A stretch of 46,463 bases of DNA from Candidatus Poribacteria bacterium. Its GTDB lineage: Bacteria > Poribacteria > WGA-4E > PCPOR2b. The DNA is taken from positions 1 through 46,463 of the forward strand of contig JAKZSX010000302.1 of assembly GCA_047517405.1 (NCBI GenBank), read 5' to 3'. Below are positions 9,199-19,067 of this stretch, in pieces. The position numbers and the translations under genes were made by a program. Each line of letters opens with the position of its first letter. The stretch's first letter is position 1. The notes under the pieces are model-generated. The model did no database searches. It saw only the letters and a list, made by a program, of their open reading frames with translations, and was not told where the DNA came from.

Positions 9199-9618
9199 AT
9201 GTTACAATTAACGCATCCCATCGTTGACATCGCTATTACGTGCAGTAATTTCGAGGAGTCACTGCATTTCTACCACGAATGCTTGGGCTTGGAGATTGTT
9301 CTGGACATCGAAATTCCCGAAGACGTAGCGAAAGGGGCACGGCTGGCACCGCGAGGATTTCGCCAAGTTCGCCTGCAAGCTGGGCAAACACTCATTAAGC
9401 TGATGAGCATCGAATCACCGCCACCAACGCCTACCTACGATTTCTCCGCCGGTGTACGCTGGCTCACCTTTTTTGTTGAGGACGTGTGGGGAACCGTCGA
9501 AGAATTGAAGCAGAAAGGCGTGGAATTTTTGTCCGATCCGGTCGGAGCACCGGATGCTGGAGGTGTGGTCTGCGCGAGGGACCCCGACGGTATTCTCATT
9601 GAACTTGTACAGCGATGA
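9199..9618 (+). CDS. VOC family protein (glyoxalase/bleomycin-resistance/dioxygenase fold)
   Basis: 'H..I.......S..FY...LG' at the N-terminus and a C-terminal 'EL...GV.F...P........V.ARDPDG..IEL' motif. The track ORF starts at TTG 9190. ATG 9199 is preferred, with AGGAG at 9182-9186. Confidence 0.85.
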   Translation: MLQLTHPIVDIAITCSNFEESLHFYHECLGLEIVLDIEIPEDVAKGARLAPRGFRQVRLQAGQTLIKLMSIESPPPTPTYDFSAGVRWLTFFVEDVWGTVEELKQKGVEFLSDPVGAPDAGGVVCARDPDGILIELVQR

Positions 9619-9793
9619 TACTGTAGATATAGGAAGCGTTTCTCCACTCTATCAACTTTTCTCTTCTATCTATTTTTTTTAAATTAAACACCTATCCGAA
9701 AACCTAACCTTCCACCCCTTCACAGGACAAAGGGAGGCAACTCTCTCCTTGTCGGCGAGGGTGAAGCTCCAGATAGACGCTAAGGAGAACTTT

Positions 9794-10543
9794 ATGGCTA
9801 CACAATTTGTTGCGGATTTTGAAGCCTACATGCCCGCTGAATTTAACGACCAGCCTTACGGTAAGGCTGGTCTGATAGCCGTTGCTGATAAGGCAGGAAT
9901 TGATGTCTGTGTTGTATTTCCCGGCGGATTACCACCCAATCCTGCAGAAATCAATGCCCATTTGCTAGAAGAAACCAAGGGCGAATCGCGCATCGTGCCG
10001 GGGTGTCTTATTAATCCCACAATGGGCTCCGATGCTTGCGATGACCTAAAGCGATGCGTTGATGCGGGTGCCCGGACAGTCAAACTGATGGCGGCGGCAC
10101 ATCGCTATCGCCTCGACGCGCCCTGCGTTGATCCAGTCATGGAACTCGCCAAGTCGGTTGGTATTCCCGCTACCATCCACTCCGGCTCACCAATGAGCGG
10201 ATGCTCACCCGAGTTCATTGGAACACTCGCGAAACGTCACCCAGATGTAACAATCATTATGGATCATATGGGGTATCGTGAATGGACGGGACTTGCTGTT
10301 CAAGCCGCAGTTGAGAATCCCAATATTTATCTCGGCACAACCCTCATCGCCGCTGTTGAGCCAATCACCGTCAAGGGCATTGCGCGTGGTGGGCGGATTG
10401 GTGCGGATCGAATCGTTTTTGGATCTAACTCGCCTAGTGGAGACGCTGTGAATGGTGTAAACGGTATCCGGAATATCGGATTTACCGACGAGGAAGCCGC
10501 AAGCATCCTTGGTGGAAATCTGAAGGCGATTTACGGTCTCTGA
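9794..10543 (+). CDS. Amidohydrolase-family (amidohydrolase_2 TIM-barrel) metal-dependent hydrolase
   Basis: Motifs 'IPATIHSG' and 'IIMDHMG', and the overall pattern of the family. ATG 9794 with AGGAG 6 nt upstream is preferred over the TTG at 9749. Confidence 0.8.
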   Translation: MATQFVADFEAYMPAEFNDQPYGKAGLIAVADKAGIDVCVVFPGGLPPNPAEINAHLLEETKGESRIVPGCLINPTMGSDACDDLKRCVDAGARTVKLMAAAHRYRLDAPCVDPVMELAKSVGIPATIHSGSPMSGCSPEFIGTLAKRHPDVTIIMDHMGYREWTGLAVQAAVENPNIYLGTTLIAAVEPITVKGIARGGRIGADRIVFGSNSPSGDAVNGVNGIRNIGFTDEEAASILGGNLKAIYGL

Positions 10544-10565
10544 ACCTTGGGTTGGCTTGCCGTGG

Positions 10566-11609
10566 CTATTTGACTTTGCCACGCCCGGCGATTTTCCAAA
10601 CCGTTTCTACCTGTTCATTTCTCACTGTAACCAACTCATCGTGCAGATTGCTTGTCATGCCTTGATGCAGCGGAATGACAGCCAATTGGTCGCCGACACG
10701 GAATTTATGCTGCGACTCACTCACATCAAGATGTCCGTGTTCGACCGACATTCCGTATATCTTTACATCCGGATGTCCGATGATGTGACCATAAGGTGTA
10801 GGGGGATAGCTGGTGAACGTCTTGGCACCGCCATCAATGATGAGTCGGTCAGCGGTTGGGGTGCTCACAACCGTCACAATCATCCGCAAGGCACATCGAT
10901 CCGGATTGAGTGTCGCCGTACCAGAAATGCGCGTCATGCCTTCGTAGACATACGAACCGCTGCGTGTTTCTGTGCAACCCATATCTTTTGATGCCTGTTC
11001 GGCACCTGTCCCGCCTCCGCTGATGATATTGATAGGGATACCTGCTCCCTCCAGAAGATTGACCGTTTCCTCAATAAAGGGCTTTGCGCGAATGTTGCTC
11101 GAATAGGTCATAATGCCCTGAAAATCAAGTCCGGACATCTGCGTCACCTTTTGGGCAAGTTCAAGTGTGGCTTGGGGAGATTGCACGCCGACCCGGCGTC
11201 CCCCTGTGTCCTGCTCAAGGAGCACGCGCACAGTGCAACCATCTGCCGCTGCCTGTCCAGAGATGCCTTCGGCGGTTATCTCCGAATCTAGAGCGACGGT
11301 AATCTTCGCCCGTTTGACGAGCTGTGTTAGCCGCTGCAGTTTCGGCTTGCCGACGATGTTGTAAGGAATCAGAATGTCATCAAGCCCGCCATCAACCATA
11401 GCCTCCGCTTCGCCGAGCTTTTGGGAGGTAATCCCCTTTGAACCGGCAGCAACCTGCATGGTGGCAATCTCGGGGACTTTGTGGGTTTTTGTGTGAACAC
11501 GCAAATCGATTTCAATCTCTCGGCAGAGGGCTGCCATATTATAGATATTGCGTTCAAGAACATCGAGGTCTACAGTAAGTGCGGGTGTATCCAATTCAGA
11601 AATGTGCAT
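10566..11609 (-). CDS. Alanine-racemase-fold PLP enzyme, D-threonine aldolase / D-serine dehydratase (DSD1)-like
   Basis: N-terminal 'DTPALTVDLDVLERNI' and a PLP-lysine context 'RVHTKTHKVPEIA'. C-terminal 'VEHG' metal/His region. GAGGAG RBS. Confidence 0.85.
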   Translation of the reverse strand: MHISELDTPALTVDLDVLERNIYNMAALCREIEIDLRVHTKTHKVPEIATMQVAAGSKGITSQKLGEAEAMVDGGLDDILIPYNIVGKPKLQRLTQLVKRAKITVALDSEITAEGISGQAAADGCTVRVLLEQDTGGRRVGVQSPQATLELAQKVTQMSGLDFQGIMTYSSNIRAKPFIEETVNLLEGAGIPINIISGGGTGAEQASKDMGCTETRSGSYVYEGMTRISGTATLNPDRCALRMIVTVVSTPTADRLIIDGGAKTFTSYPPTPYGHIIGHPDVKIYGMSVEHGHLDVSESQHKFRVGDQLAVIPLHQGMTSNLHDELVTVRNEQVETVWKIAGRGKVK

Positions 11610-11764
11610 ATCATTCTCCTCAATTAACTAATCAGTGAACAACTCAACCTTTTCAAGGTTAAATTGTACATATAAACTTGATTAATAAACTGAAGGGCTG
11701 GGAAACGCGAATCTGTATTCGCTGTATAACTCCCAACCCCCATACTCGTCGCTATATGCTATGT

Positions 11765-12511
11765 CTATTTGTCGGTGCCTTCAGATCTTTTTAGATATTC
11801 GGGCTCTCGCTTTGGGGTCTCCTCCGCTTCCTCTTTCATACTCGGTTCAACTAGATATTCAACCCGAAAGTCTCGGACCGATATAACCGGATAGACGCCA
11901 TCAAAACCTGCAATCTGTCCTTTGACCTCGACCCCTTGAGCACTTTGGCTCGCTTCTTGGATTAACTCATCAAATTTATCACCGCCGCTAAAAACGACCT
12001 TCTGGTCCGAACTAACAACCATTGCGTGATTGATTTCTGATGTGTCAGCGCGCCAGCGTCGCCAAAAAGGAACGTTGCGTATGTAGCTCCGTGAGAACCC
12101 CGGATGCGCGTAGAGATTGCCCGTGATTGTCACTTCGGATTTGGCAACCCAAGCACGACCACCGATTTGGCTGCCCCGAAAGCGTTGATCGTTCAGTTGA
12201 CGGGTGATGTCATAAATGTCAAAAGTACGAGCCTCGTTGTACGGATTCTTACCCCGTCGCGGGGTGACTTCAACGATAGTTGTAAAAAGGCGTTCGCGCC
12301 CGTTTTTATCGACAGGTGAGTGAAAACTCACATTTTCCGGATCCACCCAAGGTTTCAATAAACGTCTAATCTGTCGAGCGTCATCATCATTAACGAAACC
12401 GAAAAGGTGGATTTGAATATTTTCTACTTCCGAATAACTTGGACTGGTGAAGCTAGCAAAGAGAAACATGAAAACGATGAGGAGGCTGAGATGGAACTTG
12501 CGGGGTAACAT
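11765..12511 (-). CDS. Secreted hypothetical protein
   Basis: Clear signal peptide (LSLLIVFMFLFASFTSPSYS), AAGGAG RBS, and a charged C-terminal tail. I recognise no family. Confidence 0.6.
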   Translation of the reverse strand: MLPRKFHLSLLIVFMFLFASFTSPSYSEVENIQIHLFGFVNDDDARQIRRLLKPWVDPENVSFHSPVDKNGRERLFTTIVEVTPRRGKNPYNEARTFDIYDITRQLNDQRFRGSQIGGRAWVAKSEVTITGNLYAHPGFSRSYIRNVPFWRRWRADTSEINHAMVVSSDQKVVFSGGDKFDELIQEASQSAQGVEVKGQIAGFDGVYPVISVRDFRVEYLVEPSMKEEAEETPKREPEYLKRSEGTDK

Positions 12512-13034
12512 TTTTTGGCCACTCCTTTAATTGATATCGCTTGGTCCTGACAATTTTTTCGTCAAGATATTTAAAAACAATCTAAAGAATCCAGTGTGGA
12601 TCTGCACGATTCCTTGATTGGCACCCGAAAATCACAGCGATATTCTAGCAAATTCTGTGCCATAAATAAAAACGAAGAAGTACTCCCTCAAGATGACTTG
12701 CGAAAGCTCAATTGGTCAGCCATCGCAAATTAGCACTTCACATTCTACTCCGTATCATTTTGGTAACATAGTCGCTAGTCGGACACAATTAGCTACTGCT
12801 ACTGATTGACGCTTCGCAGTATAGCAAAGTTTACTCCAAAATCCAATCGCGATCTAACCATTTCGCCGATTTTTGCGTTTCGTTTAATCCGTGAAATCTC
12901 TTAATGCGTCCAATTTACAATAACGGATTATAAATCGTTTTACATCAACCGTACAATTCTAAGGAGTAGGGGCACATGGGCGAAACCCATCTGTCTCACT
13001 GCATGGAACTGTTCTCAATTGAGGGGAATATCTC

Positions 13035-14054
13035 GTGAGGTATCAACGAAACTTCATCATCGCGATGATTTCGCTGATCGTCCTTTTTGCCACCGGGGTG
13101 GTCGGATATTGGGTTATTGAAGGCGATAATCCACATCAGAAGTGGACAATATTCGACGCCGTTTTCATGACCGTTATTACATTGACAACGGTGGGGTACA
13201 GCGATGATAATATGTCCAGGATGGGCAGAGCTTTCACTGTTTTTCTCTTACTCGGTGGATTGGGCATCTTTGTATATAGTGTCAGTGTTGCGACTGCCTT
13301 TATTGTTGAAGGACAGTTCCGCGAGGTGTTTCGACGAAGAAAGATGAAAAAATCAACCAATAAACTTTCAAACCATTATATCGTCTGCGGCATAGGGGAT
13401 ACGGGTGTTCATGCACTCGAAGAAATGCTCCAAATGAACATTGATTTTGTTGTTGTTGAGTACGAGCAGGAACGGATCGATCATTTATTGGAAACGAAAG
13501 ATTTTCTGTTTGTTCAGGGCGATGCAACGGAAGACGAGATTTTGATTCGTGCGGGCATTGAACGCGCACGTGGACTGATCACCTCACTGTCACGTGACCA
13601 AGATAACCTCTTTGTTGTTCTCTCTGCAAAACAATTGAATCCGAAGTTGAAGATTGTCTCTAAAGCTGTTGAAGCCAATTCGCTATCCAAGCTGAAGCAG
13701 GCGGGAGCAGATGAAGTGGTCTTGTCAGACTATATCGGCGGCATGCGGTTGGCTTCGACAGTTACACGTCCCATTGTCGTTAACTTTCTGGACATTATGC
13801 TCAGGAGCCAAGTGACAACGCGCTTTGCTGAATCCGTTATACAGCCAGGGACACCACTGGTGGGACTCACTCTGGGCGAGGCGGGCATTCCAGATCGAAC
13901 GAACCTGATGGTTGTTGCAGTGCACAAGCGAGAAGGTGATTTTATATATAACCCTTCCGGTAGGTTGAGGCTGGAGGCTGGGGACGCATTGATCGTTATC
14001 GCAGATAATGAGCAGCTACAAAACCTAGACAAACTGACGGGCGATATGCCTTGA
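13035..14054 (+). CDS. 2TM potassium-channel-type protein with RCK (TrkA-N/TrkA-C) gating domain, MthK/Kch-like
   Basis: M1 helix, pore helix plus filter 'TLTTVGYSD', and M2 helix. A Rossmann 'IVCGIGDTG' RCK domain and a C-terminal TrkA-C segment are present. GTG start with GAGGGG upstream. Confidence 0.88.
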   Translation: MRYQRNFIIAMISLIVLFATGVVGYWVIEGDNPHQKWTIFDAVFMTVITLTTVGYSDDNMSRMGRAFTVFLLLGGLGIFVYSVSVATAFIVEGQFREVFRRRKMKKSTNKLSNHYIVCGIGDTGVHALEEMLQMNIDFVVVEYEQERIDHLLETKDFLFVQGDATEDEILIRAGIERARGLITSLSRDQDNLFVVLSAKQLNPKLKIVSKAVEANSLSKLKQAGADEVVLSDYIGGMRLASTVTRPIVVNFLDIMLRSQVTTRFAESVIQPGTPLVGLTLGEAGIPDRTNLMVVAVHKREGDFIYNPSGRLRLEAGDALIVIADNEQLQNLDKLTGDMP

Positions 14055-14058
14055 TGCT

Positions 14059-15222
14059 TCAATCGCCTTCAGGGGCTAGCTGTCCATATTGCTTCATCAC
14101 AGCTTGCAGTCGATTCAAAGGAATAGCGTGGATCGTGTTCCCATTTCTGCCGATGGTCGTCACTGCTGTGGTCATGGAGTTGAGGATTGCCTCCTCCGTC
14201 GCTTCAATGACAGCTTGATACAGCGCATCCATCCGATGATTAGCAAGCATCGTAATGGGAAAAGTTCCATCGTCCGTCCGACGTGGAATTGTGTTAGCCG
14301 TCGAAAAAGCAATTACAAATTCACCGCTGCTAACGGTACTTGGCGTCCCGGTGCGAGCAAGTCCGTGTGTTACCCGCTTGGCAAGTTGCGTCAGTTGACG
14401 ATGTACCAACGGGGCATCCGTTGCGACGACGATGATGAACGAACCATCTCGTCCCCGCTCCGGGGTGAGTTCCGTAATTTCTCTGCCAACAGGAACACCG
14501 TTGATTTGCAGTTGATGGCGCCGACCACCGTTGGAATTTACCAGCACACCGACCGTGTATCCCCCCCGATTTGCGGGCAACACCCTTGATGATGTTCCGA
14601 TGCCTGCCTTAAAACTGTAGCACCGCATTCCCGTGCCTGCACCAACACATCCCTCGGCAACGGGACCGTCCGTGGCATTTTCTATCGCCTGAACGGCGTG
14701 TTCTGCGGTAACATGCAGCCCGCTGATGTCATTCAACCCACCGTCATAGCATTCCGCAACGATTGGCAGAATGATGTGGTTATCCGGGTAACGTTTAATC
14801 ATGTATCGCACAACGCCATCGTGAACAGGTCCAACGCTGAGCGTATTCGTCAGCATAATTGGGGACTCGATCCACCCCGCTTCGTTTGCCCATGCCAGTC
14901 CTGTCACCTCACCGTTACCGTTGATCGCATAACCCGCACCAAACAGCTTATTTGTCCAAATATCATCGCGTGGGATGACAGCAGTAACGCCTGTCCGAAC
15001 ACTGTCACCGTTTTTCAGCGTGACATGCCCTACCTTCACCCCTGCGACATCCGTGATTGCATTGTGTTCGCCGGGCTCGTAAATGCCGATTTTGATACCG
15101 AGATCTCGTGCCCGTGCCCTGCCTTCGGGAACGCCATTACTCTGGTCGGAGTTGGCAGGTGTCCAACCCCATATCAAACACAAGCACAAGCAGAACCATA
15201 ATCTTATTTTTTCTTTCCGCAT
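14059..15222 (-). CDS. P1/DmpA family aminopeptidase (peptidase S58, Ntn-hydrolase)
   Basis: Signal peptide. Family motifs 'NAITDVAGVKVGHVT', 'TGVTAV', 'LPIVAECYDGGLNDI' and 'EGCVGAGTGM..YSFKAGIGTSS'. Confidence 0.88.
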   Translation of the reverse strand: MRKEKIRLWFCLCLCLIWGWTPANSDQSNGVPEGRARARDLGIKIGIYEPGEHNAITDVAGVKVGHVTLKNGDSVRTGVTAVIPRDDIWTNKLFGAGYAINGNGEVTGLAWANEAGWIESPIMLTNTLSVGPVHDGVVRYMIKRYPDNHIILPIVAECYDGGLNDISGLHVTAEHAVQAIENATDGPVAEGCVGAGTGMRCYSFKAGIGTSSRVLPANRGGYTVGVLVNSNGGRRHQLQINGVPVGREITELTPERGRDGSFIIVVATDAPLVHRQLTQLAKRVTHGLARTGTPSTVSSGEFVIAFSTANTIPRRTDDGTFPITMLANHRMDALYQAVIEATEEAILNSMTTAVTTIGRNGNTIHAIPLNRLQAVMKQYGQLAPEGD

Positions 15223-15246
15223 TTTTTCTTTCCTCGCTATTAAGCC

Positions 15247-16434
15247 TCATTTTAACTCTGGCTTTCCGGCGCGAAGCCACGCAGTATACCAGTAGCTTGC
15301 GGTTGCTGATGCCGCGCCACTCATTCGCTGCACCGCTATCCAACTACTGAATCGGAAGAACTTCTCCAGATACGACGTGCCGTACGTGTCTTCGCCTAAC
15401 TTTGCCCTGTGATCGGCATGGAGGAGGTTATCGGCGTATACATAGCTGTCCAGTACAATGTCAAAGGCAGCTTCCAGCGGGGCTTCAATCTGCGACGCCA
15501 TCTTCGGCGTGAGGCGGATCCGTTCTGCATAAGCATCCACCATATCGTCTTCAAAGCGTTGATGCACACCATGCTGGTTGGTCAATTGCCCATTGTAGTT
15601 TTTGACGACATGCAGCGGCATGTGGATATCTTCAACGTAGTGGGCGAGTGCACCAGCGGTCTGCACAATTTTTTGGGTATCTCCTGATTTCATTGCCTCA
15701 GATAGCAGCCGTGTGTAGTCAGCAATACGCCACGTCGCCAAACCACGTTTTGTAACAGTTTCCACACCAAATTTCGCAACAGCGTCATCATAGTTGTGGG
15801 GAAGTTCTACAAACGGATAGGAACCGTAGAGATCAATATCAAGAAAATGCCGGGGACCTTCAGCGGGATCGCCTGATTTGTAGACATTTAGGCTGGTCAA
15901 GGATAGTAGCTTCTCCTTTGTATCAAGAGCAAAACGGGTGCCTTTCTCAGACCCAAGCAGCACCGGCTCCGCACTTCGATTTTCAAAGATGTCTGTTTTA
16001 TTTCCCAATAAATATAGCTTATCTGCCTCCTTGCGAATCGGGTACTCTTGTTCACCTACTGTTATGAACCATCTACCATCTTTGCCGCGAAGCGAGACCG
16101 GTGCGTTTTGCGGAAAGTCAATCCCATACGTCTCAAACACCTGACGTAACTCCTCCGTAACCTGTCCACTGTTCAGATCTTTTTCATGCTTCAACCCAAT
16201 CCGAAACAGCAGCTCCCGTCTCCACCGATCCGGATCGTTCGAGTGATAGGCGAGTTCCCGGCGATGTTTAACAAAAAAAGAGGAAATTTCTGCAGGTAGA
16301 GAATCGCAAGCAGCGTCGGTTATGCGCTCGTGCGCATTACTTCCCCAAGGAAAGGCTTGAGGCACGTAACAAGTGACTAGAATCACAAAGACAAACGACC
16401 AAATAGAGGTTGCCCAGATTTTTGTTTTCATCAT
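15247..16434 (-). CDS. S1/P1 nuclease / zinc phospholipase C superfamily protein with a large internal insertion
   Basis: The signal peptide is predicted to be cleaved just before 'WGSNAHERI' (Trp1/His6 ligands). Other ligand contexts are 'SNDPD', 'RHFLDID', 'HYVEDIHMPLH' (compare P1 'HFIGD..QPLH') and 'HQRFEDD'. The start overlaps the upstream stop (TAATG). Confidence 0.7.
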   Translation of the reverse strand: MMKTKIWATSIWSFVFVILVTCYVPQAFPWGSNAHERITDAACDSLPAEISSFFVKHRRELAYHSNDPDRWRRELLFRIGLKHEKDLNSGQVTEELRQVFETYGIDFPQNAPVSLRGKDGRWFITVGEQEYPIRKEADKLYLLGNKTDIFENRSAEPVLLGSEKGTRFALDTKEKLLSLTSLNVYKSGDPAEGPRHFLDIDLYGSYPFVELPHNYDDAVAKFGVETVTKRGLATWRIADYTRLLSEAMKSGDTQKIVQTAGALAHYVEDIHMPLHVVKNYNGQLTNQHGVHQRFEDDMVDAYAERIRLTPKMASQIEAPLEAAFDIVLDSYVYADNLLHADHRAKLGEDTYGTSYLEKFFRFSSWIAVQRMSGAASATASYWYTAWLRAGKPELK

Positions 16435-16988
16435 TAAAACGGGTGAGGACTTAAACCGGCTGCCCTCAATTGCTCCATGTAGATATGACGGATATGGTTG
16501 AAGATGTCAATATAGGTGGATGTACGGTAATCGGGGTAAGTCCATTCCCAGGGCTGGAAAGTCTTACGGTAAAATTTGAGCGTAATCTCGGCATAAATGC
16601 CATCTTGGAGATAGATACGGTGTGCATGGTCTTTCGTCGAAGCGAGAACCAACTTTGCCGCCGAAATATAGCCCGGATCGAGATTGACTGGACGCGGAGC
16701 TGTATCACCCTTTGCAAACTCGCACTCAACTGCGTTAGAAAAGCACTTAGTGGACGCGAGTTCCTCGGCGGAGATCAGTTTCTCAAAACTCACGAACTGA
16801 CGTTTCAGATCCTTTCCCATCTCCGTCTCATAGTAAGTGGTGTAATCAAAAGGTAACAAATCGCTGGCAAAATCAACTCGTCCAAACCGCCCTCCGAGTC
16901 GCTGATGTACAACGGCAAGTAAATCTGGGACCGCTGCAATAATCCCAACAATCAGTTTAACGGGTGAGTGAGATCTGATTTGCCCCAT
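16434..16988 (-). CDS. DUF4416-like protein
   Basis: The pattern 'PVKLIVGII...FG.VDF.S...PFDYTTYYE.EMG..L.R.FVSFE.LI....L...K...N..E........R.VNLDPGY....KLVLASTKD..HRIYL..GIYAE.TL...R..F.PW.WTYPDYR' matches my recollection of DUF4416. Confidence 0.65.
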   Translation of the reverse strand: MGQIRSHSPVKLIVGIIAAVPDLLAVVHQRLGGRFGRVDFASDLLPFDYTTYYETEMGKDLKRQFVSFEKLISAEELASTKCFSNAVECEFAKGDTAPRPVNLDPGYISAAKLVLASTKDHAHRIYLQDGIYAEITLKFYRKTFQPWEWTYPDYRTSTYIDIFNHIRHIYMEQLRAAGLSPHPF

Positions 16989-17033
16989 ATTCGCGTGCCC
17001 TCATGAATTTAACCTATTAACATGAGGTGGAAG

Positions 17034-17882
17034 TCAAGACGTGACTGCCTCCTCTCCTAGGTGCTCTGCCAGCCACAACTTCAGCGGCACATCTTCGTCA
17101 GTCGGGGACGTATAGCCGTGCCAACTGGTGCTCGCTCCTAGTAATTGCCGTTGAATCGGACCGCAGTGGTCTATAAAACTCCCAACGGTCATGTCGTCCC
17201 TTGGGCGTAGCCACCGGTAGCTATAGCCATAGAACAGTACCTTGCGCGTAATATCCGATTCATTTGGGCTTCTGGAATGCCAGATACGCCGATCGAAAAT
17301 GACAGCTGTGCCGGGTGGGACACAAACCGGGGTTACCCCTTCCGGATCTGAAACGTCATCGGGAGGAAATTCCAGCTTGTTCTGGGTATGACTTCCCGGA
17401 ATGACGTAGAAATTCCCTCGACCTGTTTCCGTCGTATCGGTAAGGAAGTAGCCGACCTTGACCGAAATTCTTGGTCGAGGATCAGTTTCCAACTCGGCGT
17501 TCAAACGTCCACTGTCCTGATGCCATCCCAACCGTTTCTTCTCCTGTTCTGCATCAGGTAGCGGCGGCGGTGTGACATCCATGTGGGTGAGGTAGAGCTG
17601 AATGTTCCAACCAAGTATCCCCCACACTTTGGGGAATATCTTGTGCCAATCGAGCAATTCCAGAAAGACTTCATCCTGTCCCACGAAATCTATCTTGTGC
17701 AGCCATTCGTGGGCATCCATCTTCGCCTCCGCGCGATGTTGGGCGTCAATCCGGTCCACCACTGCCTCAATGTCAGATGTCAGCTGTGGTGTTAGCGCGT
17801 CAGGGATGACTAGGAAACCGTTGCGCTCGAATTTAAGGCGCTCATCTTCAGTCAGACAGTAATCCAAACATGCAGTGTCCAT
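17034..17882 (-). CDS. Phytanoyl-CoA dioxygenase (PhyH) family Fe(II)/2-oxoglutarate oxygenase
   Basis: 'F.RNGFLVIP.AL' at the N-terminus, an HxD motif in 'GWHQDSG', and a distal His in 'IWHSRSPN'. The track start is 17897. ATG 17882 has a better-placed GGGAGG. Confidence 0.85.
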   Translation of the reverse strand: MDTACLDYCLTEDERLKFERNGFLVIPDALTPQLTSDIEAVVDRIDAQHRAEAKMDAHEWLHKIDFVGQDEVFLELLDWHKIFPKVWGILGWNIQLYLTHMDVTPPPLPDAEQEKKRLGWHQDSGRLNAELETDPRPRISVKVGYFLTDTTETGRGNFYVIPGSHTQNKLEFPPDDVSDPEGVTPVCVPPGTAVIFDRRIWHSRSPNESDITRKVLFYGYSYRWLRPRDDMTVGSFIDHCGPIQRQLLGASTSWHGYTSPTDEDVPLKLWLAEHLGEEAVTS

Positions 17883-17967
17883 ATATGCCTCCCTCATCTA
17901 TTTCTTTTTTACTGTCCTCATACCATTCGTGTCTATCAAACAGATAATATATTAGGCACTGCCAAAC

Positions 17968-18942
17968 CTACTCAGTATAGACCGCCTCGATTAACCCTTT
18001 CATATAACCGATGGCAAAGAGCCGCTCCATACTATGTTCATCCGCGATGCTAGCATCACCCATTTTCGGGAAATGGTCTGGGCGTGCGACACCCGCATAA
18101 CCAACGTCACGGTAGGCACGTACGCATTCCGCCATATCAGCCTGCCCATCGTCATGGAACACTTCCACGAACTTCTCAGGTGTTCCTTGTACATCTCGGA
18201 AATGAACGAAGAAAATCTTCTCCTGTTTTCCGAAATGCCGAATCACCTCCGGTAGGTTGTCGGTCATCAGGGAGAAGTTGCCCTGACAGAGGCCAATCCC
18301 GTTGACAGGACTTGGCACCAGATCGATGAGCTTCTGATAATTTTCTACGCTGCTCATGATCCGCGCGACGCCTCGGATGGGGGATAGCGGTGGATCATCC
18401 GGATGCATCGCCAATTTGACGTTAGCTTTTTCCGCAACCGGAACCACACGCTCCAGAAAATATTTCAGGTTAGCCCATTGCTGCTCCTCGGTGACGATCC
18501 CATGATCGGTCAGAGGTGCGTTTTTCATGTAATCATGGTCATAGCCACTGACTTGGGAGCCGCCACGTGAAGGAATTGTGAAAGATGTTCGGAGTACAAA
18601 AAGAATCGGCATCCACGCAGGGCACCACACCGGAATCCCCAATGCACCCATGTTGCGGATAAATTCACAGATGACATCAATTTCTTCATCCCGTCCCGGT
18701 AAACCGAGTTTAATTTGTTCCATCGGGGGACGGCTCTCAATCACCTGTAGGTTAAATCCTCCGTCTTCGTATGCAGCCTTCACACGCGCCAGTGACACGT
18801 AACTCCAAGGCTGCTGCTCGGCACTGGCATTCGGTATCGGATTCAAGCTCATGCTGCCAACTGCATATTCAACACCCGCTTGCTTGGCTAATGTCCAGAC
18901 GGGGGTCGGTTCTGGCCCAAGGGCTAGAGCAATCTTTACCAT
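17968..18942 (-). CDS. Mannonate dehydratase (UxuA)-like xylose-isomerase-fold TIM-barrel enzyme
   Basis: 'FFVHFRDVQGTPEKFVEVFHDDGQADM...Y.DVGY.G..RPDH.P.M.GD' resembles the UxuA C-terminal signature. The track ORF starts at TTG 18963. ATG 18942 (AGGA 7 nt upstream) is preferred. Confidence 0.8.
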   Translation of the reverse strand: MVKIALALGPEPTPVWTLAKQAGVEYAVGSMSLNPIPNASAEQQPWSYVSLARVKAAYEDGGFNLQVIESRPPMEQIKLGLPGRDEEIDVICEFIRNMGALGIPVWCPAWMPILFVLRTSFTIPSRGGSQVSGYDHDYMKNAPLTDHGIVTEEQQWANLKYFLERVVPVAEKANVKLAMHPDDPPLSPIRGVARIMSSVENYQKLIDLVPSPVNGIGLCQGNFSLMTDNLPEVIRHFGKQEKIFFVHFRDVQGTPEKFVEVFHDDGQADMAECVRAYRDVGYAGVARPDHFPKMGDASIADEHSMERLFAIGYMKGLIEAVYTE

Positions 18943-19067
18943 TTTTGATTCCTTTCTGCTCAAGTGAAAAACCTGATTGCATGTTATCGCATTTCTATAG
19001 GTTGCAACAAATTATATCACAATCATCAACGGCTTCAACCGAAAAAGTGCTCTGACACCTACGAGAA

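Noticed and set aside
10557-10991. 144-aa plus-strand ORF, and similar ORFs at 14089-14589 and 14698-15201
   Set aside because: They are antisense to strongly motif-supported genes (the D-TA-like PLP enzyme and the DmpA peptidase). They have no RBS or family signal.
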